Assembly (NCBI GenBank): GCA_963783885.1
Contig: CAWAPJ010000013.1
Coordinates: 1-10,262 of the forward strand
Direction of reading: 5' to 3'
From: Waddliaceae bacterium
GTDB lineage: Bacteria; Chlamydiota; Chlamydiia; Chlamydiales; SLFE01
Length of the DNA stretch: 10,262 nt
The notes beneath the pieces are model-generated. The model did not search any database. It was not told the DNA's origin and saw only the letters and a program-made list of their open reading frames with translations. Below, one piece after another: positions 1 to 6,897 of the stretch (within the stretch, counting starts at the first letter, position 1; every line of letters begins with the position of its first letter). A program made the translations under genes and the position numbers.

Positions 1-356
1 ATGTCGATAAAAGTCAAGTATATGTCTTGACTTTTCATGCTTTTGGTTAAAGAGTCGTTGATTCTTGCCAAACTTTCTCTGTCATAATTGTTTTCCAGGA
101 GGCGGCAGAAAGCGTTCATGGAATCTTTTTGTTCATCTTTGGGCGGGGTGTCGAAAACAACAAGCTCAGCTTCCTTCAAAACCGTTTTTAAACAACGATT
201 ATTTAAAGGATCGACCGATGATGGAGCGGTCAGGAAAAGATAGAGAATTTTTTCTTTGACCATGCAGCGTGTCGCTTTTTTTACCGTTGATTCGGCATCG
301 GCAGACTGCAAAACCATTTGATAGAGATTACCGGGATTTGTAGAATCCAATAACAT
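1..356 (-). CDS. Hypothetical protein, 5' part only (runs off the left edge of the window)
   Basis: Not in the ORF track. Manual translation from ATG 356-354 gives 118 codons without a stop down to base 3 (MLLDSTNPGNLYQMVLQSADAESTVKKATRCMVKEKILYLFLTAPSS...KSQDIYLTFID). There is an in-frame stop just upstream, and the ORF diverges from the ankyrin gene across an AT-rich spacer. Confidence 0.8.
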   Translation of the reverse strand, partial: MLLDSTNPGNLYQMVLQSADAESTVKKATRCMVKEKILYLFLTAPSSVDPLNNRCLKTVLKEAELVVFDTPPKDEQKDSMNAFCRLLENNYDRESLARINDSLTKSMKSQDIYLTFID

Positions 357-377
357 AATAAAAATAAGTTATTTTCC

Positions 378-406
378 ATTATAAACGAAGTAAGAATTTA
401 TTTATA
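378..406 (-). promoter_or_regulatory. Possible sigma66 promoter for the 356-1 ORF
   Basis: Perfect TATAAT on the minus strand at 383-378, 21 nt upstream of the ATG. The -35 position (406-401, TATAAA) is a poor match and the region is very AT-rich. Confidence 0.35.
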
Positions 407-416
407 TAATTTTCAA

Positions 417-445
417 TTGACAAATTAAATATTGAATGATATTAT
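417..445 (+). promoter_or_regulatory. Near-consensus sigma66/sigma70 promoter of the ankyrin gene
   Basis: TTGACA (417-422), 17-nt spacer, TATTAT (440-445), with an extended -10 TG at 437-438. An SD-like AAGGTG (454-459) precedes ATG 466. Confidence 0.75.
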
Positions 446-465
446 ATGAAAATAAGGTGTTGGTT

Positions 466-1656
466 ATGAACATTGATCCTATTCATATAGATGCCCAAAA
501 TTATAATCAGGAGTCTATAGAGGTCGATCTAACTCAATTTGTTAATAAGGACAAATTACAAGAGTTAGTAAAATATTTAAATTTTTCCTATAACATTTCT
601 CTTAGACATGACATCAAGCCGTTTGAGGCTACCCTTTCGAATAAAAATATTCTTTACCTGATACACTCTGCCGACTATCGTCTTCACAGTGGAAAAAATC
701 TTTCTAATGTTGATGAGCGTCTTTATTCCCTGACAAAAAATTTGTTTTCAAGCTCTGATATCAAGGTGGATATGCAGCTCCCAAAAGGGGATAAAGCTAA
801 GGAAGCTCTCCTATCCGAAACATACGGAGATGGCATTGTGCTATCTTCTTATTCAAATAAAAACATCTTTGAACGTTTAGTTCCCGCACCAAAAGTTGAT
901 AAAACCCCGCCAATATTCTCTCTTTCTTTACGATCAGATGATGAAAAAAAACAGCTATATCAGATCCTTGTAGAGGATATGTCAAGTCTGAATTCACACT
1001 TAATTTTTGGAGGGACTGATCTTGGAACCTTCCTTCACTGCGTGATTGTCAATGAGCAATATGAAAACCTTCGGTATTTGTTAGAGACCTATAGCGTTCT
1101 CATTGACCCCAGCAGTGTCGATGCAGAGAAAAAAACAATTTTAATCACAGCCAGCAAAGTCCATGCTCCATCAGATGTTATTAAGTCGATTCTTAAATCT
1201 AAATTGACAAAATTGGATATCAATGCAAGAGATAATCAAGGGGCAACAGCTCTTCACTATGCCTGTTTGTATGGCAGGCTGGATCTTGTAAAGGAGCTAA
1301 TTAAAAGGGGTGCTAATCAAAATATCGTAGACAATGAGGGACGTACTCCAATTGATTGGGCAAGACAAAATAGAGGTTTTATCAAACATCAATTTGAAAC
1401 TATCTCGATTGATGGCGAGCGGGATGCTCGGGCGACAAGGAACTTTTTAGCGAAGGTATCCTTAGGATTTTTCGGAATTTTGATAAGCAAATCAAATATA
1501 GATCAAATGATCAGCAAAATCGAAACAGATCCCCATCATGCAGACTATGAACACTTGGATTGGTTAAAACAAGTTCGCAATAATTTACTTGGGAAATCTC
1601 TCATTGAGCTATGTGAAGAAGGGCAAAAAGATGTTATCAATTATCTAAGCCCCTAA
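466..1656 (+). CDS. Ankyrin-repeat protein (396 aa), candidate secreted effector
   Basis: About 3-4 ankyrin repeats at ~1021-1365: GTFLHCVI..., KTILITASK..., DINARDNQGATALHYACLYGRLDLVKELIKRGAN, DNEGRTPIDWA. The start is moved from 436 to 466 because ATG 436 lies inside the promoter. Confidence 0.88.
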   Translation: MNIDPIHIDAQNYNQESIEVDLTQFVNKDKLQELVKYLNFSYNISLRHDIKPFEATLSNKNILYLIHSADYRLHSGKNLSNVDERLYSLTKNLFSSSDIKVDMQLPKGDKAKEALLSETYGDGIVLSSYSNKNIFERLVPAPKVDKTPPIFSLSLRSDDEKKQLYQILVEDMSSLNSHLIFGGTDLGTFLHCVIVNEQYENLRYLLETYSVLIDPSSVDAEKKTILITASKVHAPSDVIKSILKSKLTKLDINARDNQGATALHYACLYGRLDLVKELIKRGANQNIVDNEGRTPIDWARQNRGFIKHQFETISIDGERDARATRNFLAKVSLGFFGILISKSNIDQMISKIETDPHHADYEHLDWLKQVRNNLLGKSLIELCEEGQKDVINYLSP

Positions 1657-2663
1657 ACTTGTTTTTGATTGGAAAGGTATTCATTATGTGCCTTCATGGC
1701 CGCTTTAAAAATTTTGAGCGAGGGGTTCTCCGATAGGATTTGGGCTCTTTCTTTCTTGGAAAAGCAATCAAAGCAACGGGTCAACTTGTAGTCATAAAGT
1801 TGGGCTAGCTTTTTAACTTCATATCGCGATGCCACGTCAAACATCCTCTTCAAACAATCATGCCCGCCAAGGATAACCGTTTCGCCCATAAGGTACTTGA
1901 CGATGACTTCAAGCGATTCGGCATCATCATCAATAATTGCAAATTTTTTCTGGTTGGGAAAATCAGTGAAAATTTCTGTAAACCTTCCGCTACCCCTTTG
2001 CAGAGCTTGTTTGTTGACATGAATAAGATTGTGATTGATTTCGAGAACGGCATTACGGGGAAGATGGGCTTTGACAGAGAAAATAAGACTTTTTTTCTTT
2101 CGAACTTGTTGTAAAATCGTTGGGAAATTGTCTTCGGGTATGTCGGAAAATCCCAAATTCTCAATAATTTGCTTTAATACAGGAGTGGCTGATTCAATCA
2201 GATCAGTGAAAATTTCTTCTGGAACTTTTTGAATAAAAGCTTCAAAAACTTTCGATTCTTCGAGAAATTTCGTTTGAAAATCTTTGAATTCGCTTAAAAT
2301 TTTATCTTTTGAAGAATCCTCCAGATTGTCGAGCTTTTTCAATAACAGCTTTTGCTCTTGAGACAGTAACGAACGATCGATCGAGTCTAGTGAGATCAAC
2401 AGCTGAGAAAAGCTTAAATTCTGAATATTTAGACACTCTAAATAGGGGCATACATCATTGAAAATACTTGGGCAAACGGGGGAGTTATTCTGAGGAAGGG
2501 CACGCACAATGTTGGCGATTTTTTTGGCGGTTTCGGCACTTTGAGTAGTGTAAACAAAAGTAGTGAGTTTTGGCCAAAAACCTGAATTCTCTTTGCTTAA
2601 AAGATTTAATTTATTTGTTAGCGTTGAACGTACTTCTGAATAAGATAAACAATTTGTATTCAT
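1653..2663 (-). CDS. BTB/POZ-domain protein (336 aa), candidate effector
   Basis: The C-terminal segment AVLEINHNLIHVNKQALQRGSGRFTEIF...IIDDDAESLEVIVKYLMGETV...MFDVASRYEVKKLAQLY follows the BTB pattern (F.aHk.vL...S.yF..lF...dd....fe.ll.ylYtg...ll.lA.ky....L...C). The N-terminus is S/T/N-rich and the middle is helical. Confidence 0.8.
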   Translation of the reverse strand: MNTNCLSYSEVRSTLTNKLNLLSKENSGFWPKLTTFVYTTQSAETAKKIANIVRALPQNNSPVCPSIFNDVCPYLECLNIQNLSFSQLLISLDSIDRSLLSQEQKLLLKKLDNLEDSSKDKILSEFKDFQTKFLEESKVFEAFIQKVPEEIFTDLIESATPVLKQIIENLGFSDIPEDNFPTILQQVRKKKSLIFSVKAHLPRNAVLEINHNLIHVNKQALQRGSGRFTEIFTDFPNQKKFAIIDDDAESLEVIVKYLMGETVILGGHDCLKRMFDVASRYEVKKLAQLYDYKLTRCFDCFSKKERAQILSENPSLKIFKAAMKAHNEYLSNQKQV

Positions 2664-2673
2664 AATGAAAATA

Positions 2674-2702
2674 ATTTTACTAAATTAACGAGATAAAATC
2701 AA
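2674..2702 (-). promoter_or_regulatory. Sigma66-type promoter of the BTB gene
   Basis: Minus-strand TTGATT (2702-2697), 17-nt spacer, TAAAAT (2679-2674). It lies 10 nt from the ATG at 2663, with no SD. Confidence 0.6.
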
Positions 2703-2716
2703 GGAATAATAATTAA

Positions 2717-2746
2717 TTGACTTGGGCGGGGTTTTTTTGCTAAAAT
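2717..2746 (+). promoter_or_regulatory. Sigma66-type promoter of trmB
   Basis: TTGACT (2717-2722), 18-nt spacer, TAAAAT (2741-2746), with an extended -10 TG at 2738-2739. It lies 8 nt before ATG 2755. Confidence 0.65.
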
Positions 2747-2754
2747 TTCATGCC

Positions 2755-3450
2755 ATGAAGCCTAAAGACTTAATCCTTCCCTTTCAATGGGGCGAGCAGT
2801 TTATCACCATTGAAAATAAAGTTTTTTTTACATTTGAGCCCTTTAAAAATAAGGGAGCGGATTTTGCCTTTCCCGGATGGGATCACCCTGAGGTTTTCGG
2901 CAACGACAAACCGGTTAAAATCGAGTATTGCAGCGGAAACGGTAAATGGATTGCCGAGCGGGCCGCGGCGGAGCCGGAAGTGAATTGGGTGGCTGTGGAA
3001 AAAAGACTGGTCAGGCTGAGGAAAGTATGGGCAAAGATGAAAAACCGGGGCCTTTGCAATCTGTTTTCTATTTGTGGAGAGGCTCTGGATGCGACGAAGC
3101 GTTTTCTCCCAACAGCTACAGTTGATGAGGTGTATATCAACTTTCCCGATCCTTGGCCGAAGAAAAAGCATGCCAAATACAGGCTCATTCAGGCTCCGTT
3201 TCTCGACGAGCTCTCACGGATTTTGAAGAATGGGGGAACCGTCAGCCTGGTTACCGATGATGCCGATTATTCAGAGCAAATAATTGAGGTCTTCTCCGGT
3301 CATTCATGTTTCGAATCCTGCTATGAGACTCCCTTTTACCGAAACGAAAGAGATGACTATGGCTCCACCTCCTACTTTGAGGATCTTTGGCGCAGCAAGG
3401 GAAAAGACATCCGCTACCATCAGTTTAAAAAAATCGGGCGAGTGCCATGA
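2755..3450 (+). CDS. trmB: tRNA (guanine-N7)-methyltransferase TrmB (231 aa)
   Basis: Motifs EYCSGNG (SAM motif I variant), VAVEKR, INFPDPWPKKKHAKYRLIQ, GG.VSLVTDD..Y and SYFE..W..KG. The chlamydial-type N-terminus MKPKDL supports a start at 2755 rather than TTG 2722, which lies in the -35 box. Confidence 0.96.
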   Translation: MKPKDLILPFQWGEQFITIENKVFFTFEPFKNKGADFAFPGWDHPEVFGNDKPVKIEYCSGNGKWIAERAAAEPEVNWVAVEKRLVRLRKVWAKMKNRGLCNLFSICGEALDATKRFLPTATVDEVYINFPDPWPKKKHAKYRLIQAPFLDELSRILKNGGTVSLVTDDADYSEQIIEVFSGHSCFESCYETPFYRNERDDYGSTSYFEDLWRSKGKDIRYHQFKKIGRVP

Positions 3451-4427
3451 CTCCTATCATTTACGACGGACCACTAGCCGATCTTGCAGACGGGTTCAAT
3501 ACTGTTGTCATTCCTTTAGACGGCAGGACTTCATCTGATTTAAATTGGAAGCACCATGCAGAAGAAGCCGTTTCAAAGGGACTCGGCATTCTTTGGGAGA
3601 TGGACCTTGGGCTTTTCAACCGCCTTTCTAAACCGCTTGGCAATGAAACACAGCTAAAAACTTTATCTCTTGCTCTCGATCATTTTTATCACTCGCTTTG
3701 GCCAAAGTTTGAAGAAAATAGCGTGGGAATTTGTCTTTATCGAGGGTCGATTGATTTAAGCCCGGGATTTCTGTGGGACGACAAGCAGCAAGAGGGTTTT
3801 CAGCAGTGGCTTGAGGGGAGGGACCCCGACGCACAGCTGAAGAGACTCTATTGCCGGGATGTTGCTGTGGAATATCTTCAGCTGCTCATTCCGTGTCTTC
3901 CGCAAAGTCTTGACCCCTATCTCTTTTTCGATGCATTGGGCATATCAAATCCTCTTCATCTGGCCCAGCTGCTCGATAATGACCGTTTCGAGAGATTCCG
4001 GCGGATAATCAAAGGAAGCGTTGTTCCGCATCGAGAGCTTCAGTGGGGCCAAAGCCCCTATGCGATGGAGTATCAGGGGTTTTTAGGAACCGACTGCTCG
4101 CAAATCAATTTAGGAGAGCCGGCGGCAGTCGGAGTTTATCTCCCTTATACTGACTCCTATAATGAAGAGTGTTGGTCCGATCTCGGCGAAGGGTTGGAGC
4201 TTTTGAAAGAAAAGGGCATCACTTACCGTCTAGTCTCTGAGCAGCAGCTTGTTGCTGATTGGGATGGCCTCGATTATCTCATCGTTTCCGAAAAAAGCAT
4301 TACGCCTCTTGGAAAACGTAAGCTCCTCGGTTTCTGCGCCGCGGGAGGAACCATTGTCACAATTTGCGGCGAGTCTGTCAACGCTCCTTATGAAACTTCG
4401 TTAAGCATCTGGCTTTCAAAATATTAA
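3447..4427 (+). CDS. Hypothetical protein (326 aa) with a GH42-like architecture and a C-terminal GATase1-like/beta-galactosidase trimerisation-like domain
   Basis: ATGA overlap with the trmB stop. The C-terminus LKEKGITYRLVSEQQLVADWDGLDYLIV...KRKLLGFCAAGGTIVTI resembles the GH42 middle domain. GFNTVVIP and AVSKGLGILWEMD resemble the first strands of clan GH-A barrels. The CDS is secure; the function is tentative. Confidence 0.75.
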   Translation: MTPIIYDGPLADLADGFNTVVIPLDGRTSSDLNWKHHAEEAVSKGLGILWEMDLGLFNRLSKPLGNETQLKTLSLALDHFYHSLWPKFEENSVGICLYRGSIDLSPGFLWDDKQQEGFQQWLEGRDPDAQLKRLYCRDVAVEYLQLLIPCLPQSLDPYLFFDALGISNPLHLAQLLDNDRFERFRRIIKGSVVPHRELQWGQSPYAMEYQGFLGTDCSQINLGEPAAVGVYLPYTDSYNEECWSDLGEGLELLKEKGITYRLVSEQQLVADWDGLDYLIVSEKSITPLGKRKLLGFCAAGGTIVTICGESVNAPYETSLSIWLSKY

Positions 4428-4435
4428 GTAATTTA

Positions 4436-4464
4436 TTGTCTTTTGGTTCCGCATGCTTCATCAT
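4436..4464 (+). promoter_or_regulatory. Possible internal promoter for pgi
   Basis: TTGTCT (4436-4441), 17-nt spacer, CATCAT (4459-4464). A strong SD AGGAGG sits at 4491-4496. Confidence 0.4.
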
Positions 4465-4500
4465 AGAAGTATGGGGATAAAAAAAGAACAAGGAGGCCAT

Positions 4501-6117
4501 ATGGCACAGACAGCTACCACTACAGGGAGTCAGCTTGCCTTCACGAATTATCAAGCTTCCGAAAAACTTCGTTCATTAGCCCAAAATGCTTTAGATCTCA
4601 CAAAAGAGGGCGTTTTAACTCCAGAAAGAATTGGAAAATATGTTCAGCGGGCATGCGGACTCAAGCTTCTGTATGCGACCGACCGAGTCACTGACGAGGT
4701 GCTCAAAAGTTTAGCCGATTTGGCGAAAGAATCGGGCGCTGTGGAAAAAATGAAATCCATGCAGGCGGGGCAGATAGTCAATAAGATTGAAGGGTTTTCA
4801 AGCGAAGAGCGGTCGGCGCTCCATACAGCTATGAGAGATTTTTTCGATCACCCTCAATCGGCAAAAATCGCCAAAGAAGCCACAGAGCTGGAAAGGGTTG
4901 AAATTGACAAGCTCAAAAGTTTCTTAGCGAAAATCGACCAAGAGGGCAAATTTACCGATTTGATCATGATCGGCATCGGCGGTTCCAACCTTGGGCCAGA
5001 AGCGGCCTTCCGCGCTCTTAGTTATCTAAAGAAGCCCGGCCGCAACGTCTACTTTGTCGCCAATGTCGATCCCGATGAAACCGCCAGGGTTTTGCAGAAT
5101 GTCGACCTGAACAAAACGCTGGTTCTTGTCGTTTCAAAATCCGGGGGAACACTGGAAACAAAAACGAACTATGAGTTTATGGCCCGCAAGTATGAGCAGG
5201 CGGGATTGAATCCCAAAGATTTCTTTGTTTCGATTACCGGAAAGGGAAGCCAGCTCGACGACAAAAAGAAATTTCTCGAATGTTTTTACAGCTGGGACTT
5301 TATCGGCGGCCGTTACAGCACAAGTGCGATGTACGGGGCTGTCGTCCTTTCTTTTGCCCTTGGTTTTGACCACTTTTGGGAGTTTCTGCGCGGCGCTCAT
5401 GAAATGGACCGCGTGGCCCTTGAGCCGAATATTGATAAAAACCTTCCGCTCAAGCTGGCATTGCTCGGCATTTGGAATCATAACTTTTTAGGTTGCCATA
5501 CTCTGGCGATGATTCCCTATAGCAGCGCATTGCATCGCTTTCCCGCGCATATCCAGCAGCTGGAGATGGAGTCGAACGGCAAGCATATCGACCGCCACGG
5601 CTTAAGAGTTGATTTTGAAACGGGACAGATTATTTGGGGCGAGCCCGGCAACAATGCCCAGCACTCCTTCTATCAGCTCATCCATCAGGGAACGCCGATC
5701 ATTCCTCTGGAATTTATCAGCTTCAAAGAGTGCCAGTTTGGCGACGATATGGTGATAAACAGCACGACAAATCAGGAAAAATTGCTGGCCAACATGTTTG
5801 CTCAAGCCATCGCTCTTGCCACCGGAAAAAGAGACGACAACCCGAACAAACGGTTCGAGGGAAACCGTCCCTCAAGAATTATCCTGGGGGAAAAACTCAC
5901 TCCATATGCTTTGGGAACCCTCTTTTCGCTCTATGAGAACTGCGTGGCCTTTCAGGGCTTTATTTGGGATATCAACTCCTTTGACCAGGAGGGGGTGCAG
6001 CTCGGAAAGGTTCTGGCAGGACGTGTGATCAAGAGCTTTGAGGGCTTCCGCTCTACAGGCAAGGAGTCGGGAGAGTATCCTTTGGGCGATGCTTATCTGA
6101 ATCAGTTAGATTTCTAG
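4501..6117 (+). CDS. pgi: Glucose-6-phosphate isomerase (538 aa)
   Basis: Motifs GIGGS, SKSGGT.ET, GGRYS, QQLEMESNGK, QHSFYQLIHQG and NSFDQEGVQLGK. AGGAGG immediately upstream supports ATG 4501 over 4453. Confidence 0.98.
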   Translation: MAQTATTTGSQLAFTNYQASEKLRSLAQNALDLTKEGVLTPERIGKYVQRACGLKLLYATDRVTDEVLKSLADLAKESGAVEKMKSMQAGQIVNKIEGFSSEERSALHTAMRDFFDHPQSAKIAKEATELERVEIDKLKSFLAKIDQEGKFTDLIMIGIGGSNLGPEAAFRALSYLKKPGRNVYFVANVDPDETARVLQNVDLNKTLVLVVSKSGGTLETKTNYEFMARKYEQAGLNPKDFFVSITGKGSQLDDKKKFLECFYSWDFIGGRYSTSAMYGAVVLSFALGFDHFWEFLRGAHEMDRVALEPNIDKNLPLKLALLGIWNHNFLGCHTLAMIPYSSALHRFPAHIQQLEMESNGKHIDRHGLRVDFETGQIIWGEPGNNAQHSFYQLIHQGTPIIPLEFISFKECQFGDDMVINSTTNQEKLLANMFAQAIALATGKRDDNPNKRFEGNRPSRIILGEKLTPYALGTLFSLYENCVAFQGFIWDINSFDQEGVQLGKVLAGRVIKSFEGFRSTGKESGEYPLGDAYLNQLDF

Positions 6118-6143
6118 ACAAAGTAGGGGGTTTCTTGTAAACT
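6115..6143 (+). promoter_or_regulatory. Sigma66-type promoter for the hypothetical-yacG-xerD unit, probably leaderless
   Basis: TAGACA (6115-6120, beginning with the pgi TAG stop), 17-nt spacer, TAAACT (6138-6143). The ATG starts at the 7th nt after the -10 box, and there is no SD at a usable spacing. Confidence 0.6.
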
Positions 6144-6166
6144 ATTGCTATGGCAAGAAACCCCCT
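6125..6166. repeat. Perfect 13-bp inverted repeat with a 16-nt loop
   Basis: AGGGGGTTTCTTG (6125-6137) is the exact reverse complement of CAAGAAACCCCCT (6154-6166). The loop contains the -10 box and the ATG at 6150. Confidence 0.9.
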
Positions 6167-6677
6167 TCATAAACCCACAATCCCAAGGCGGAGCCGCCTT
6201 TGCAGCCGGACCAAGGAAAAGTTCGAACCCGGCTGTGAATATATTTCCTTAATTTTGGAAGGGGAGAACGAAGGGGAGTATATCCGCGAGGATATCCTTC
6301 TCAAACATTGGGAAAAGCACCCGGAAAATGACCTGGTGAAACAAGCCAAAAGTTCGTGGAAAGCAAAAATTCCTTTAAAGCCTGAAGGGCCGAAAGAACA
6401 GGAAGAACTGCTCGACCGAGCATATGAACTGTTCATAGAACATCATGAAAAACAGGATCCCGAAGATTTGCTCAAGGCATTCATTCTGGCGCTTTTTTTA
6501 CAGAGAAAAAAGGTGTTTATCTTCCGCCAGGAAATGCTGCATCACGACAAGCCCGCTTACGTGTTCGAGGCAGCTGGGTCCGAAGACATCTATTGCGTTC
6601 CCGTAGTCAAACCAACCGAAGAACAAATGAAATCTTTGCAAGATGAATTCACTCATGAAATCGGCATCGTGTCCTAA
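6150..6677 (+). CDS. Conserved hypothetical protein (175 aa)
   Basis: Clean ORF in operon position. The pattern I.RRSR.C....KFEPG.EY.S.I...YIRED....W...WK.K.P...AFILALFLQRKK resembles, from memory and unverified, an uncharacterised family in PVC-superphylum bacteria. Confidence 0.85.
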   Translation: MARNPLHKPTIPRRSRLCSRTKEKFEPGCEYISLILEGENEGEYIREDILLKHWEKHPENDLVKQAKSSWKAKIPLKPEGPKEQEELLDRAYELFIEHHEKQDPEDLLKAFILALFLQRKKVFIFRQEMLHHDKPAYVFEAAGSEDIYCVPVVKPTEEQMKSLQDEFTHEIGIVS

Positions 6678-6882
6678 TTGCGGAAAAGAAGTGATCAAAC
6701 CCGAAGTGCTAGGTGAAAATTCTCCCTGGCCTTTTTGCTGCGACAAATGCCAGAGTGCCGATCTGCACGGCTGGCTGTCGGAAGACTATAAATTTTCCCG
6801 AGAACTGAATGAAGAAGAGTTCGATGAATGGGCGAGGAAGAAATTCGGAAAGCTCAACCCCTATGATCCCGATGCTTTTTAA
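6655..6882 (+). CDS. yacG: DNA gyrase inhibitor YacG (zinc finger, ~75 aa)
   Basis: CPNCGKEV...SPWPFCCDKCQSADLHGWLSEDYKF plus an acidic tail matches the YacG pattern CP.CGK...RPFCS.RC..IDLG.W..E.Y.I. It overlaps the upstream gene. An alternative ATG lies at 6643. Confidence 0.85.
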   Translation: MKSASCPNCGKEVIKPEVLGENSPWPFCCDKCQSADLHGWLSEDYKFSRELNEEEFDEWARKKFGKLNPYDPDAF

Positions 6883-6897
6883 TCAGAGGGCCTTCTA

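Noticed and set aside
9..35. Perfect 10-bp inverted repeat AAAAGTCAAG-N7-CTTGACTTTT
   Set aside because: It is real, but lies inside the minus-strand CDS, is AT-rich, and has no good -10 partner for its TTGACT. It matches no operator I recognise (not CIRCE), so no function can be supported.
65..259. 64-aa plus-strand ORF from the track
   Set aside because: TTG start, no SD, and antisense to a longer open frame (356-1).
348..375. dif-like TTATGTTA half-site on the minus strand, of interest because xerD is in the window
   Set aside because: Only part of the XerD arm matches, no XerC arm ending in ATAA is present at the 6-bp spacing, and it overlaps a start codon in AT-rich DNA.
436..465. ORF-track N-terminal extensions (436 for ANK; likewise 2722 for trmB and 4453 for pgi)
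   Set aside because: These starts fall within predicted promoter elements. Downstream ATGs have better SD or family support.
139..2732. 11-mer direct repeat TTGGGCGGGGT at 139-149 and 2722-2732
   Set aside because: Several 11-mer matches are expected by chance in 10 kb, and one copy lies inside a CDS.
2750..2758. Mini-ORF ATG CCA TGA overlapping the trmB start
   Set aside because: Its ATG is only 3 nt after the -10 box and so probably upstream of the transcription start. There is no evidence of translation.
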